A stretch of 64,000 nt of DNA from the NCBI RefSeq assembly GCF_009914755.1, contig NC_060947.1. One strand, given 5' to 3'. Shown piece after piece: positions 1-20,590 of the stretch. A model generated the notes under the pieces. The model did not search any database. It was not told the DNA's origin and saw only the letters and a list, made by a program, of their open reading frames with translations. Made by a program: the position numbers and the translations under genes. Source of the stretch: the human T2T-CHM13v2.0 reference genome, Homo sapiens. Positions within the stretch are counted from its first letter, which is position 1; every line of letters starts with the position of its first letter.

Positions 1-1592
1 ACCTGGCCACTGCCTATGTATGCTCAAGGCTCTAGGGCTCTCCAATCAGCAGGTGACAAAGCCAGCCAGGCTTCTGTTCTTCCCTTCTGGTGGCAAGTTC
101 CCCTGGGCCCTGGGTATGTTCAGAGATGCCATCCAGGAGCTAGGACCTGGAGTCAGAAGCCTTAGAAATCTGCCATGTGCTCTACTCTACTGCACCTGAG
201 CTGGCACCTAACCACAAGACAAAGTCCTTCCTTCTTTTTCCTCCCATTTTCACAGGCAGAAGATTCTCTTCCCATGGCCACCACCCCACAGGCCCATGGG
301 GAACACTGCCAGGCTACCACTGGTATTCACTTAAGGCCCAAGGGCTCTTTAGTCAGCCTGTGGTAAATTCTGCCTGGTCTAGGATTCACCCTTTGGGGCA
401 GTGGGCTTACCTCTGGCCCAATGCAGGTCCAGAAATGCCATCTAAGAGCCAAGGCCTGGAATCAGTGACTGCAAGAGCCCACTTGGTGTTCTTTCCCACT
501 GTGGCTGAGCTGGTACCTAACCTACAAGACAAAATCCCCTTTACTCTTTCCTCTGCTATTCTCAAGCAGAAGTCTCTCCCATAGCCACCACATGTAGGAA
601 TGTTCTGGGTCACATCTGAAACCAGCACATTTTTGGAGTCTTGCCAAAGGCCCACGGCAAGTAGTACCTGGCTATTGCTGGTGATTATTTAGGGTTCAAG
701 GGGTCCTTAGTCAACAGTTGATGAATCTTTTGTGGACTGGGTCCTTCCCTTCAAGGCATTGGGTTTCCTTTTGGCCAAAGGTGTGTCTCAAAATGTTATG
801 CAGGAGCTAGGGCATGGAATGGGGTCCTCATGACTCTGTCAGCTGCCCTATCCTGCTGTGGCTAAGCTAGTGACCAAGTTGCAAGGCAAAATCCACTTGA
901 CTCTTCCCTCTCCTTTCCTCAAGCAGAAGGAAGTAGTCTTTTTGGAGCTTCACATTAGGCTGGCTGTCTGGTGTTGGGGGAGGGGTGGCAAAGGCACTCT
1001 TTAAGCTTCCCTGGTTGGTGTCACACTAGGCCATGTGCCCCCCGAGTTTACTGGCTTCAAGCTCAGCATCGCACTAGAACTTTCCTAGACTTGCGTTGCT
1101 TGTGGCCTTGACTACTTTTTATGTTTATTTAGGACCCCAGAGCACTTTAGCCCACAGTGGTGAAGCTTGCTGAATATCAAGTTCTTACTGCAGAGATTGG
1201 TGATTCCATTCTGGCTGGAACGTCTGTAAATGCTCTCTCTGTGGGCATCAGCTGAGTTCTGCATCATGTTGCTTTCCACTGACAGGACAGAAGTAAGTTT
1301 TAATGCAAAGTCCCACAATCACTGCAGTTTCCCTCTCCCAAATGCACAGATTATCTCTCTGTATCACGTGGTCACTGCTGGGGGATGGAGGCGGGGTGGT
1401 GTCAGCAATTCAAGACTGTATTTCCTACCCTCTTCAGTACCACTTTCAGTGATATGAAGTTAAAAGCAGGTACTGTGATCAGTCATTTGATTTTTGGTTC
1501 TCATGAAGGTTTGTGTGTGAATCATTGTTAAATTTGGTGTTCCTGTGGAGGGGAAGATCAGTGGAGGCTTCTATTCAGTCATCTTGCTTTAC
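1..1592 (-). mobile_element. 5' region of an old L1 (L1M1/L1MA-type), running off the window start
   Basis: Reverse complement near 1590 reads gcaagatgactgaatagaagcctccactgatc, resembling an L1M 5' start with a YY1-like aagatg core. The body contains diverged tandem monomers. Confidence 0.65.
2..945 (-). repeat. Three diverged ~310-360 bp tandem monomers in the old L1 5' region
   Basis: Recurring blocks: agagatgccatccaggagctagg (~122) / agaaatgccatctaagagccaagg (~431) / aaaatgttatgcaggagctagg (~790), and ctgagctggcacctaaccacaagacaaa (~196) / ctgagctggtacctaacctacaagacaaa (~505) / ctaagctagtgaccaagttgcaaggcaaa (~861). Confidence 0.75.
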
Positions 1593-2854
1593 CTCCTATT
1601 TTTCTTCATTCTTTTTTTTCTCTGCATGCATAATCTCTATCAATAGTTCTCCAAGCTCATTATTTCTTTTTTCTGCAAATCCAAATTTACTGTTGAGGTC
1701 CTACAGTGATTTTTTTTATATGTCAGTTATTGTACTTTCAACTCCAGAATTCCCATTTGGTTGTTTAAAAAAAATTCTCTTTATTGATATTCTCTATTTG
1801 ATGTGACACTGTCATTATATCTCCTTTATGTCTCTAATCACGCTTTACTTTAGTTCTGTGAATATATTATAATGGCTAATTTGCAAACTTTTCCTGTTAA
1901 ATCCAGTTTCTAGTCACTCTCACAGGCAACTTCTGTTGCCTGTTTATTTTCCCCAAATATATGTGTCATACTCTCCTGTTTCTTTGCATGCCTCAAAATT
2001 TTTTATTGGAAACTGGACATTTGAGAACATATTGTAGCAAATATTGGTACTGCTCCCACAGCTTATTATTATTTCCTTCTTTTTTTTTTTAGAATAAATT
2101 ATTTCAGTGACCTCTATCTCCCTTCCCTCCTCCTTACCACTCACATTGTTAGGTCTCTGACGTTAATCCTCAGGAGGGCAAAGTTTTGAGTATTCCACAG
2201 TTACCTTGGAATCATGGTGTTATTGGTATAGTTCTCTTCCACGTTTTTTCCTGATCACACCCAGCCATTGAGTTCCTATCTTTACAATGTCTTGGAGCAC
2301 AAATTCAACTATTAACTAATCTAATCAACTTGTATCTCCTTCTAAGGAATAGTTCCTGAGGTAGTACTTATTCTGAACCCAGGCAGGCTCCTCCTACATG
2401 TTTTATTCCCTGGTTCTCTCCTGCATACTTACTGGCCTATATTCTAGGCTATATTTTCATTAGAGGAATGAATATCCTCTTGATTCCCTTTCACCACAAC
2501 TTTCACTGTTTTTGAGAGGGCTCTTAGGTTTAAATGCCTCTACACTCTGTTGCAAATAAATCAAGCTCCTTGAACTACCTGTTTGATAGCCTGCTTCTTT
2601 CTCTCACTCTCCCCACACTCAGGCAAAATCTCTAAGCAAGGTTCTGTAGCTGGAGGTGAGAACAATGGCAAGCTTCTGAGTAACACTTTCACTCTAGGAG
2701 CAGAACACTCAGTGGAGCGGTCGCAGTAGTTTGAGATCTCAGCTTACCTCTTCTGATGTGGAACCACTGCCTCAAAAATCAAGGAAAGGGCTATTGGGTC
2801 CCCAGTATTCTCAGCATGTCATGCTCAAGTTAGAGCCTTCATTTCACAAGTGGG

Positions 2855-2989
2855 GGTTGGTAGAGACTCATGCCTATAATCCCGGCAATTTGGAAGGCTG
2901 ATGTAGAAGGATTGCTCGAGGCCAGGAGTTTGAGACCAGCTTGGTCAACATAGAGTCCATCTCTACAAAAACAAAACCAAAACCAAAAA

Positions 2990-2990
<1 letters not shown>
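2855..2990 (+). mobile_element. Alu left monomer (FLAM/AluJ-like) with A/C-rich tail
   Basis: actcatgcctataatcccggcaatttggaaggctga...gaggccaggagtttgagaccagc...catctctacaaaa. Confidence 0.85.

Positions 2991-3036
<46 letters not shown>
2991..3036. repeat. (CA)23 microsatellite at the Alu tail
   Basis: Perfect CA run read directly from the sequence. Confidence 0.97.
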
Positions 3037-3040
<4 letters not shown>

Positions 3041-3439
3041 AGGTGGGGAATGGGCATAAGAAGGGAGCTCCTACCTCTTGACCACAGTTACCTGGAACAG
3101 CCTCAGCAACCAGTAGCTGGGGGCAGAATGAGAAATGCAGTTTTACTCCTCCTGAGAATAATGCTTCCAGTTGGGGGAGAGGCAGTCCTATATTCTTGGC
3201 TGCTGTAGCCTGGAGTGAAGTTTCTACCTTGCTGATCTGGGAGGAGGGAAGAGAGAGCAGGCTTGATTCATATGCCACAGACTTGAGCAGATATTTCTTC
3301 ACTTGCTGTTTGACCTTAGGACCATTTCCAGAGGCTTTAAGTGTTTTGTTTTTTAAACAATTGTCACCAGTTATTCTGGAAAATGGGTTAGCAGAGCTAC
3401 TCATGGTATCATTCCAGAAGTCAATCCCTCAGAGGTCTT

Positions 3440-4595
3440 TGAACCTCTTCTATTTTTCTGTATATCCACTCTTTTTATTCCATCCAGTCTCATGGCTTTA
3501 AATATAAACTATACGCTGATTTCTCTCAAATGTACATCTCCAAGGACCTATCCCCCTAAACTTGAGTTAAATACTGTATGCGGCTTCCTAGTTAACATCT
3601 CCACTCAGATATCTAATAGGCATCTCAAACTTAACATGTCTAAAATTGAACTCTTGATCTATACCTCACCCTAAAACCTGCTTTATCCATAGTGTTCTCT
3701 ATCTCAGTAAATAGAATGTTCTTCTTTTTTATAGTGTATACAAATTTTTATCTTCCTGTTGCTTTGGACAGAAACCTTGGTATTATTCTTGACTCTTTTC
3801 CCCTCCTTATCCCACATGCAATCTACCAGCAAAATTTAAAAGATCTATCTTTAAAATATATCAAGATTTGACCACTTCTCACCCCCTGCAGCCAGCTCAA
3901 GCCACTATTATCTCTCCTGTGGATTATTGCAGTAGCTTCTTAACTATTGTAAACTTGTGCCTACCCTTAAGATGTGTCTACCCTTCTATCTCCTAACATG
4001 CCAGAGTGATTCTGTTAAAACCTAAACCATATCATGTTACTCCTCCGATTAAAACCATTTGCTGTCTTCTAATCACACGGAAAGTTATGTTCTCACAATG
4101 TCCTAAAAGACTCCACAATCTTTCCACTCCATACCCAGTTTACTCTATGATCTTATCTGCTATTACTGTTTTCCCTCAACCACTCAGCTCCATCCTAGTC
4201 ACTCTGCTAATTAACACACTAACCTCACATTTATCTCAGAACCTTTGCACGTGTTATTCCCTCTGCCAGAAATACTTTCCCGAGATTGCATTCTTATCTA
4301 CTTCAGGTCTTTGTTCTTATGGCATCTTTTCAGTGGGGCCTATTCTGACCTCCACATTTAAAATTAATGTACTCTCTCTGCCATCACTCTCGATTCCCTT
4401 TCCCTGCTTGCCATCATTTAATGTAATGCATGTTTCACTTATTTATTTTGTATATTGTCTGTTTCCCTGCCAATTGACTGTAACGTCCATGAGGGCTGGG
4501 ATAATTTTCTCTTTTGTTCACCACTCAACATCTGAGAACACTGTCTGGCACAAAGTTGGTTCTCAATAAATACTTGTTGAATGAATGAATGAACT
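3440..4595 (+). mobile_element. LINE-2 (L2a-like) 3' portion
   Basis: L2 motif catctcaaacttaacatgtctaaaattgaactc and the typical terminus ctcaataaatacttgttgaatgaatgaatgaa (4562-4593). Confidence 0.85.
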
Positions 4596-5139
4596 GATTT
4601 CAATGGAGGGAAGGAGCATAAAGGCACTTCTGGTATGGGAGAATAGGGAATAGAAACAGAAGGCTTAAGACCTCTTTATTCTCATTGCAAATTGGGCACA
4701 AACAAGCTTTGGGCATGTATGTGAGCTTAGGTGTACCTCAGTGCCCAGTACTGCCTTTTCCACTCCATCGTCCAGTCAAGTCTTTAGGTATTTGATATGT
4801 AAATCACTTGACTTGGGCCATGGCAATGCTTCCCAATGGCCATGGGCATAGGCTCCCACTAAACAGATATAAACAAACTGGTGGTTTTCTAATCTCCTCC
4901 ACATTTTATCAACTATTTAGTTACATGACTTTGTATGACAATATACATGAGATTAAAGGGAAGCGGATGAGGGTGGCAGGGGTAGTGTTTGGAATATATG
5001 TGTTGTGGGCCTGGAGTCAAAGTCAAAGTTCAGCCCCAGTTATTACTTTGGTCAGAACTTCAGTATTCCACTCAGGAATCTTCCACAGACGTGCCATTGA
5101 ACAAATATCATAATAAGATAATAAAGAGATCTACATGGA

Positions 5140-5275
5140 ACCCTGGAGCCCTATTTCCACATTCGATGAATGAAGAACCTGAGGCCCAGAGAGGGGAAAA
5201 ACTTGCCGAAGTTCCTGAATATAGCTAATGGAAGGAATCAAAATCCTTGCTTCTTGCCTCGTAGTCTGATGCTGT
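5140..5275 (-). mobile_element. MIR fragment
   Basis: MIR core in antisense: gaagaacctgaggcccagagaggggaaaacttgccgaagttc. Confidence 0.65.
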
Positions 5276-5684
5276 TTCAAATAGGAGACATTGAATTCTT
5301 TTTCATGGGGTACCCCAACTGAAGAGAACCCCTAAAATCAGCAGAAATACTGTAAAAGAAGCCAAATGCAATATAATACATAGTGCATATACTTACAAAG
5401 AGAATTTCATCTCAGCAATAATTAAGGGACATATGTTGAGACTTTTGCAAGCAGGTACATGTTAGTTCAGGCTTCTAACTTCATTTTAACAAATCAAAGC
5501 CAGAACTCAGTCAATTAATCTTGTCAGTCAGACTCCCTGATAAGTAGGTCTGATACTGCAATTTGCAAAGTAGTTTAGTCAACTTCAGCATTGCCTCTTT
5601 TCTTTTTATTTTTTTAAATAGTTTAAAGCATCAAATTCACACAGGCACATTGATAGTAAGGTTATTTGGAATTAAGCTTTTTAT

Positions 5685-6110
5685 CTGTTATAAGCTGGGT
5701 ACCTCTGGAAACAGACTCTGTGATAAAGATGTTTGTGCAGGAAGTTTATTGGGGAGTGCTCTTGAGAACAATATCTGAGAGGGACTAAAAGAAGCAGGAC
5801 TAAGAAGAGAGAGAAATTGCAACAAAGGACTCATCCAACTTCATGAGGAGTTCTGAGATTGAGACAGCCCTTCAAAGATGTTTCAAATTGAGGCAAGGGC
5901 TCTAGGTCTTTGTATTTTCACATGGATCTGTCAATGGATGCAGTCTGCACCTGAAGAAAAGGATGCATAATGTTGAATAGGGCAGATCCCTCAGCCTAGG
6001 ACAATTCCTAGGAAAGGAATTAGTTACACCTTGTAACTCATGTCTAGTCAAGCTAGACATGACTGCCTGAGTTCTTCATGGAGGATGAGGGTTGTACAGT
6101 ATCCATCACA
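5685..6110. mobile_element. Old ERVL-class solo LTR, family and strand uncertain
   Basis: aaacagactctg...tgtgcaggaagtttattggggagtgctcttgagaacaa...gaagcaggac resembles old ERVL LTRs. Confidence 0.45.
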
Positions 6111-6509
6111 TTTCCCTTCATTTAGATTTGGCCTTCCTTGACTTCCCCACACCAGCATCATCAAATGGTTTATTTCACTCCTTCCTTGCCTTACTCTTTG
6201 CATTATTATGCCTATAGCAGTGTTCAGCAGAATTGCATTCTCTTTCTCTTTGGTTTTGAAATATTGCTTTTTCTTCTTTTTTTATATATCCTCCAGAAGA
6301 CTTGCTTGGAGGGTGAAATATAGCTTTTGTTGATAATTGAGTTCTATAGGCAAGAAGAAGTAGCCATAACCTGGGAACCATAACAGCTTAGTTTTTAATA
6401 TATTAATTTAACAGGTTCTCTTTTTTATATACCTTTTAGACATTGTACTTTCAAGTAAACTAACTTCAAAAAGTTGGCAATATGTATTTGAAAATGATTT
6501 TAAAATTTT

Positions 6510-6995
6510 GAAATCCTGCCATTTGTGAAAAATAGATGAATCTGGAGAACATTATGCTAAATGAAATAAGCCAGACACAGAAAAAAGATACTGTGTCATA
6601 TCACTTATTTGTGGAATCCAAAAAAGTCAAACTCATAGAAGCTGAGAGTAGAATGTTGGTTGCCAGAGGCTGCATAGGAAGGTGGATTGGAGATATGTTG
6701 GTAAAAGCGTGCAAACTTTCAGTTCTGAAATGAATACGTTCTGAGGGTCTAATGTACCATATGGTTGACTATAGTTAATAATACTGCGCTGTAGACTTGA
6801 AATTTGTGAATTGAGTAGACCTTAAGTGTTATCACCACACCCAAACAAAATGGTAACTATATGCAGTGATGGATGTATTAATTAGCTTTATTGTGGTAAT
6901 CATATCATATTGGATATGTATGTCAAATCATCGTGTATACCTTGAATATATATAACTTTATTTGTCATTATGCCTCAGGAAACCTGGAAAAAAGC
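6510..6995 (+). mobile_element. L1MA/L1MB 3' end fragment
   Basis: gatgaatctggagaacattatgctaaatgaaataagccag (MNLENIMLNEISQ, ORF2 C-terminus-like) followed by a mammalian-type L1 3'UTR. Confidence 0.8.
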
Positions 6996-9608
6996 AAATA
7001 AACAAACAGTAACAGGATCAGGCATTAAAGAAAAAATTTTGAAAGCCAGGAAAGTAAATAGTAAAGAAGATGAGATATACATTTAAAAAATACCCAATTC
7101 TTGCTCCAAGAACTACCACAGGAACATACCAGGAAAACTGAGAGAATTCGCAGACCCTTTCAAAGAAGCAGCTTGCCATTGCAAACGCTGGTGAGACAGC
7201 TGAAAAACTGAGTTCCCAAAGTGTGAGAAGGGAAAAAGTCAGCCTCTGAACATCCATCCCTACTGGGGAACCTGAAAATCCAGATCATGGGAGAAGGATT
7301 TAACCTTACCTAGAGCTGAAACAGATTTAGGGAGCTGAGTGAAATATAAAAGTAGAAGAAGCAGTTTGAAGAGCCTTGTAGGCACTCCCAGTCCTCAGCT
7401 TGAGCCCCAGGGAAGCCATTCCTGGTCTTATCTCACAGAAGTCCTGGGGGAAGGGATGGCAGCCAGCAGAATTGGGGAGGGGCCACAGGGTGAAAGAAGG
7501 TCCTAGCTGAACTTCTGTAATAATTTTGACTGAGCACAAACTTTCCTGAGAAGAATCCAGGGTTAGGGAGAGGTGAACAGGAAGTGCAGATATGAGTGCA
7601 GAAGCCACAGCAGAAGTTGCAGGCAGGTGGTGAGGTGAAGCCTGAAAGCCCTGCTTGCTTTCTCAGCAAGGAGGCTTGTGGCCTGGGGCAAGATCACAGC
7701 CCTCCTCTCCAGCTGCCTGGATATAAACTCTGCTATTGGTGGGGCACAGTGGGAGTGAGACTGGCCTTGCAGGCTGCATGAGAGCTAGGTGAGGTCTGTC
7801 ACTGCCGGCTTTCCTCCACTTTCCTGGTGACCTGTATGACACAGCAGAGGCAACCATAGTGCCCCTGGGAACATAACTCCATTGGCCTGAGAACCCTCTC
7901 ACCCCCAACACTCAAAGTGGCCAGAGCAAGCTCCACTCAGGGAGAGTCTGATCTCAGACCTGCCTACCCTACAGCCACCTGATGATTTTTCTCTACCTGC
8001 CCTGGTAGCCTAAGACAAAAGACATAAGCTATTGGGAGCTGTATGGCCCCACCCATCAACAAAAAACCCTAGTACTCATCCTGGCCAACATAGGGCAAGA
8101 TTATATCCCCCTTCTACTACTGCAGCTGGTGCCCTCTTGAAAGCATCACCTGCTGGCTGGATGCCAACCAAGCCATTACATCAACTAATAACAGAAAAAT
8201 CCTGCTCCAAAGAAGGAGAAAACAACAGCTCTTTTTACCACTTGCAACACCCTGGCTAGTCAGAGATCCTGAGTCTGTCCACATGACAACTTGACTGCTA
8301 GCATAACTAGCATTTGTGGAAACCAGTGCACTAAACAAAACTACAACCAGGGACTCCCACAGAGCTCACTTCACCCCCTGCCACTTCCACTGGAGCAGGT
8401 CCTAGTATCTGTGGCTGGGAGACCTGAAGATGAATCACATCCCAGGACTCTTTGCAGACATACCCCATCACCAGCCTAAATCCCAGTAGCCACACTGGGT
8501 GGCTAGACCAAAGAAGGCAATAACAATCAGTGCAGTCTGACTCTTAGGAAGCCCTATCCTTAGAGGAAGAGGGAGAGAACCACATCAATGAATCACCCTA
8601 TGGGACAAAATAATCTGAACGGCAGCCCTTGAGTTCCAGAACATTCCACTGAAACAGTCTACCCAAATAAGAAGAAACCAGACGAGTAATTCTGGTAATA
8701 TGACAAAACAAGGATCTATAAAACCCCCAAAAGATCACACTAGCTCTCCAGCAGTGGATCCAAACCAAGAAGAACTCTCTGAATTGCAGATACAGAATTC
8801 AGAAGGTTGATTATTAAGCCACTCAAGGGGCACCAGACAAAGGTGAAAAACAACTTAAAGAAATTTTTAGAAAATAACAAAATATGGATGAAAAAGTCTC
8901 CAGAGTAATAGATATCATAAAGAAAAGACAATCACAGCTTCTGGAAGTGAAAGCACACATAGAGAAATGCAAAATACATTGGAAACTTTCAACAATAAAA
9001 TAAAACAATTAGAAGAAAAAACTTCCACACTCAAAGAAAAGGCTTTTGAATTAACCCAATCCAACAAAAGCAAAGGAAAAAGAATTAAAAAATGAACAAA
9101 GCTTCCAAGAAATTTGGGATTATGTTAGATGACCAAACATAAGAATAATTGTTGTTCCTGAGGAAAAGAGAAATCTAAAAGTTTGGAAAACTTATTTGAG
9201 AGAATAATCAAGAAAAATCTTCCCTGGTCTTGCTAGAGATATAGGCATCCAAATATAAGAAACTCAAAGAGCACCCAGGAAATTCATTGCAAAAAGATCA
9301 TCACCTAGGAACACAGTCATCAGGTTATCTAAAGTCAAGACAAAGAAAAGAATCTTAAGAGCTATGAAGCAAAAGGATCAGGTAACATATGAAGAAAAAC
9401 CTGTAAGATTAACTGCAGATTTCTCAGCAGAAAACCTGCAAGCCAGAAGGGATCCAGGTCTTATTGATAAACTCCTTAAACAAATTATCAGTAATTTTGT
9501 ATCCAGTGAAATTAAGTTTCATAAATGAAGGAGAGATAAAGTCTTTCTCAGACACACAAATGCTAAGAGAATTTGCCACAACCAAGCCAGCACTAAAAGA
9601 AATGCTAG

Positions 9609-15629
<6,021 letters not shown>

Positions 15630-18600
15630 AAAAGGAATGTTAAAAAGAATCCTAGATCTTGAAACGAAACCTTGAAATACACCAAAATAGAAACTCCTTA
15701 AAGAATAAATCTCACAGAACCTATAAAACAATAATACAATAAGAAAAACAAGGTATTTGGGTAACAACTAGCATGATGAATAGAGCAGTACCTCACATTT
15801 CAATACTAACATTGAATGCAAATGGCCCTAAATGCTCTGCTTAAAAGATGCAGAATGGCAGAGTGGATAAAAATCCACCAACCAAGTACCTGCTGTCTTC
15901 AACAGACTCACCTATCACATAAGGACTCACATAAACTTAAGGTAAAGAGGTAGAAAAAGATATTCCATACAAATAGACACCCACAGCAAGCAGGAGTAGC
16001 TATTCTTATATCAGACAAAACAGACATTAAAGCAACAACAGTTAAAACAGATAAAGAGGGGCATTATATAATGACAAAAGAATTAGACCAACAGGAAAAT
16101 ATCACAATCATAAATACATATGCACCTAACACTGGAGCTTCCAAATTTATAAAATATTTACTACCAGACCTAAGAAATGAAATAAATGGCAATAGTGGGA
16201 AACTTCAGTACTCTACTGACAGCACTAGACAGGTCATCAAGACAGAAAGTCAACAGAGAAACAATGGACTTAAAAGAAGAAATGGACTTAACAGATATAT
16301 ACAGAACATTCTACCCAACAACTGCAGAATATACATTCTTTTCATCAGCACATGGAACATTCTCCAAGATAGACCATATGATAGGCCACAAGAAGTGACT
16401 CAAGAAATTTAAGAAAATCAAAATTATATCAAGTACTCTTGCAGACCACAGTGGAATAAAATTAGAAATCAACTTCAATAGGAACCCTTAAAAGTATACA
16501 AATACATGAAAATTAAATAATCTTCTGAATGATCCTTTGGTCAACAACGAAATCAAGATGGAAATTAAAAAATCATTTGAACTGAACAATAATAGTGACA
16601 CAGACAGTCAAAACCTCTGGGATACAGCAAAAGCAGTGCTACAAGAAAAGTTCATAGTATTAAATGCCTACATCAAAAAGTCTGAAAGAGCACAAACAGA
16701 CAGCTAAGCTCACACTTCAATGAACTAGAGAAACAAGAACAAATCAAACCCAAACCCAGCAGAAGAAAAGCAGTAACAAAGATCAGAGCAGAATTAAATA
16801 ATATTGAAAGAAAAAAATACAAAAGATAAATGAAACAAAAAGATGGTTCTTTTGAAAGATAAACAAAAGTGATAGACCATTAGCAAGATTAACCAGAAAA
16901 AAAGGAAGAAGACCCTAATAAGCTGAATTAGAAATAAAATGGGAGATATTACATCCCATAGCACAGAAATACAAAGGATCTTTCAAGGTTGCTGTGAACA
17001 ACTTTATGTGCGAAAATTAGAAAACTAGAGAAGGATACATTCCTTGAAATATACAACCCCCCTAAACTATGAGGAAATATAACTTTTGAATATACCAATA
17101 ATAAGTAGCAAGATTGAAACAGTAATAAAAAAAATTGCCAACAACAAAAAGTCCAGGAGCAGATGCATTCACAGCTGAATTCTAGCAAGCCTTGAAAGAA
17201 GAATTGGTACCAATCCTATTATAACTATTCCAAAGGATAGAGAAAGAGGGAATCCTCCCTAAATCATTTTATGAAGCCATGATCACCCTAATACCAAAAC
17301 CAGGAAAGGATATAACAAAAAAAGAATACTACAGACCAATATCCTGATGAACATAGATGTAAATATCCTTGACAAAATACCAGCTAAATGAATTCAACAC
17401 GATACCACAAAGATAATACATCATGATTAAGTGGGTTTCATACCAGGGATGCAGAGTTGGTTTAACATATGCAAGTCAATAAATGAGATACACTACATAA
17501 ACATAAGTAAAAGCAAAAATCATACCATCTCGATAGATGCAGAAAATCATTTGACAAAATTTAGCATCCCTTTATGATTAAAACTCTCAGCAAAACTGGC
17601 ATAAAAGGGACATACCTTAAGGTAATAGAAGTTATCTATGATAAATCCACAGACAACATTATATTAAATGGGGGAAAAGTTGAAAGCATTTCCCTTGAGA
17701 ACTGAAACAAGACAAAGATGCCTACTTTCACCACTTCTATTCAACATAGTACCAGAAGTCCTAGCCAGAGCAATCAGACAAGTGAAAGAAATAAAGGGTA
17801 TCCACATTGGTAATGAGAAAATCAAACTATTGCTGTTTGGTGATGACATGATCATATATCTGAAAACCCTGAAGACTCACCCAAAAAGCTCAGAGACCCG
17901 ATAACTGAATTCAGTAATGCTTCAGGATACAAAATTAATGCACTCAAATCAGTAGCACTGCTATACACCAGCAGTGCCCAAGCAGAGAATCAAATCAGGA
18001 ACTCAACCCCTTATACAACAGCTGCAAAAAACAAAAACAAAGCCCTTAGGAATATACCTAACCAAAGAGGTAAAATATCTGTATAAGAAAAACTACAAAA
18101 CACTGCTGAAAGAAATTATTGATGATACAAACAAATGGAAACACATCCCATGCTCATGGATGGGGAGCACACTGCTGAAAGCAAACTATAAATTCAATGC
18201 AATTCCCATCAAAATGCCACCATCATTCTTCACAGAGCTAGCAACAACAATTCTAAAATTTATATGGAACAAAGAAAGAGCCCGCATAATCAAAGCAAGA
18301 CTAAGCAAAAAGAACAAATCTGGAGGTATCACATTACTTGACTTCAAAGTATACTACAAGGCTGTAGTTGCCAAAACAACATGGTATTTGTTTAAAAATA
18401 GGCACATAGACTAATGCAGCATAATAGGGAACCCAGAAATAAAGCCAAATACTTAACATCAACTCATATTTAACAAAGCAAACAAAAACTAAAGTGGGGA
18501 AAGGACACCCTATTCAACAAATGGTGCTGGCATAATTGGCAATCCAAAACTAGAAGAATGAAACTGAATTTTCATCTCTCACCTAATACAAAAATCAACT

Positions 18601-20149
18601 CAAGATAGATCAAAAACTTAAATCTAAGACCTGACACCAAAAAATTCTAGAAGATAACATCAGAAAAACTCTTCTAAACATTGGCCTAGGCAAAAAATTT
18701 ATGACCAAGAACCCAAAAGCAAATGGAACAAAAATAAAGATAGATGGAACTTAATTAAAGTAAAAAGCTTCTGCACAGAAAAAAAAAATCAGCAGAGTTA
18801 ACAGACAACCCACAGAGTGGGAGAAAATCTTCACAAGCTATGCATCCAACAAAGGACTAATATCCAGAATCTCCAAGGAGCTCAAACAAATCAGCAAGAA
18901 TAAAATGAACAACTCCATCAAAAAGTGGGCTAAGAACATGACTAGACAATTCCCAAAAGAAGATATACAAATGTCTAGCAAACAGGAAAAAAAATGCTCA
19001 ACATCACTAATGATCAGGGAAATGCAAATCTAAACCACAATGCAATACCACCTTACTCCTGGAAGAATGGCCATAATTAAAATAAATAAATAATACATGT
19101 TGGCATGGATGTGGTGAAAAGGGAACACTTTTACACTGCTGTTGGGAATGTAAACTAGTATAACCACTATGGAAAACAGTATGGAGATTCCCTAAAGAAC
19201 TAAAAGTAGATCTCCCATTTGATCCAGTAATCTCACTATTGGGTATCTACCCAGAGAAAAAGAAGTCATTATATAAAAAAGACACTTACACAGGCATGTT
19301 TATAGCAGCACAATTTACAATTGCAAAAATGTGAAACCAGAATAAATGCCCATCAACCAACGAGTGGATAAAGAAAACGTGCATATATATCATGGAATTG
19401 TTCCTAGCCATGTAACGGAATGAATCAATGGCATTCACAGCAACCTAGATGGAGTTGGAGACCATTATTCTAAGTGAAGTAACTCAGGAATGGAAATCCA
19501 AACATCATATATTCTCACTTATAATTGGGAACTACACTATGAGGATACAAAGGCATAAGAATGATACAATGGACTCTGGGGACTTGAGAGGAAGGGTGGG
19601 AAGGGGCTGAGGGATTTAAGACTACACACTGGGTACAGTGTGCACTGCTTGGGTGATGGATGCACCAAAATCTCAGAAATCATACCTAAAGAATTTATCC
19701 ATGTAACCAAACACTACCTGTTTCCCAAAAAGGAATGAAATAATAATAATAAAAAGCACAACAACAACATAAAAGAAAATATACCCAGTAGACATTTTGA
19801 GATCTAAGAAATAAGGTAAGATAGACATATGCAAGGTGATACAAATAATCATTTGGAATAAATGTGAATCAACAGTATTTGTTCAGAACATTGGCTATCC
19901 TTTTAGTTAATAGATTTTTGTTCATAAGAAATTTAAAATTACAGTGCAGTGGCTTGAGCATCACCAAAGTCAACTTCAATTAAGGGATTCTGGGAGCTTA
20001 GTGCAAAAAGATACTGCCAAATTGTTCATCAGAGGACTAAGTATTAATAGAAAATCATATCAGACTTCCCTTTCCCAGCTATACAGTGCAATTTTTGGTT
20101 CATAGGCTAAATCTAGTATTTCATGTGAAATACTATCTAGTACAAACAT

Positions 20150-20590
20150 AAAGTGTGATATACAGTAGAATAATGTAACCTGGACTAATTTGAGGACCTG
20201 GGTTCTAGAAAGCCATATCGACGTGATCAAACTTAGTTTCCATTGTCTGCTCCTGCACTTACTGCTTGTATGCCATTATCAAGTTACTTAATCTCAATAG
20301 ATCTGTTTTCTTATCTGTAAAATCGAGATAACAATAGGTCCTACCTCCTAGGGTTGTTGGAAGGTTTAAGTGAGATAAAACATATTGCATAGAAAATAGG
20401 GTTTAATATTAATTCTCTTTTGTCTTCTCCCAACTCTACTCCTTATGATGTGACTTCAAATTAGGCACCAAGTCAATTTTTCTTACCTGTAAAACAGGAA
20501 TAATAATTGTGGGCCTAATTACTCCACAATGTCAAATGAGATAACCTATATAAAAGTGTTTTGTAAAGGCACTGTATAGATAAATGAGAG
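20150..20590 (+). mobile_element. Two adjacent MIR-family fragments
   Basis: MIR cores caagttacttaatctc...ttttcttatctgtaaaatcgagataacaata (~20280) and ttttcttacctgtaaaacaggaataataat (~20480). Confidence 0.7.

Larger units (their letters stand above)
1595..3422 (-). mobile_element. Highly decayed L1M4/L1MC-ME-like 5'/ORF1 fragment, interrupted by an Alu monomer
   Basis: T-rich antisense L1 ORF1-like text (ttattgtactttcaactccagaattcccatttgg) and an L1M4-like start (reverse complement acttctggaatg) near 3420. Recognised by resemblance only. Confidence 0.45.

Noticed and set aside
4006-4569. 187-aa ORF as a protein-coding gene
   Set aside because: It lies inside a decayed L2, has no ATG start and shows no recognisable domain.
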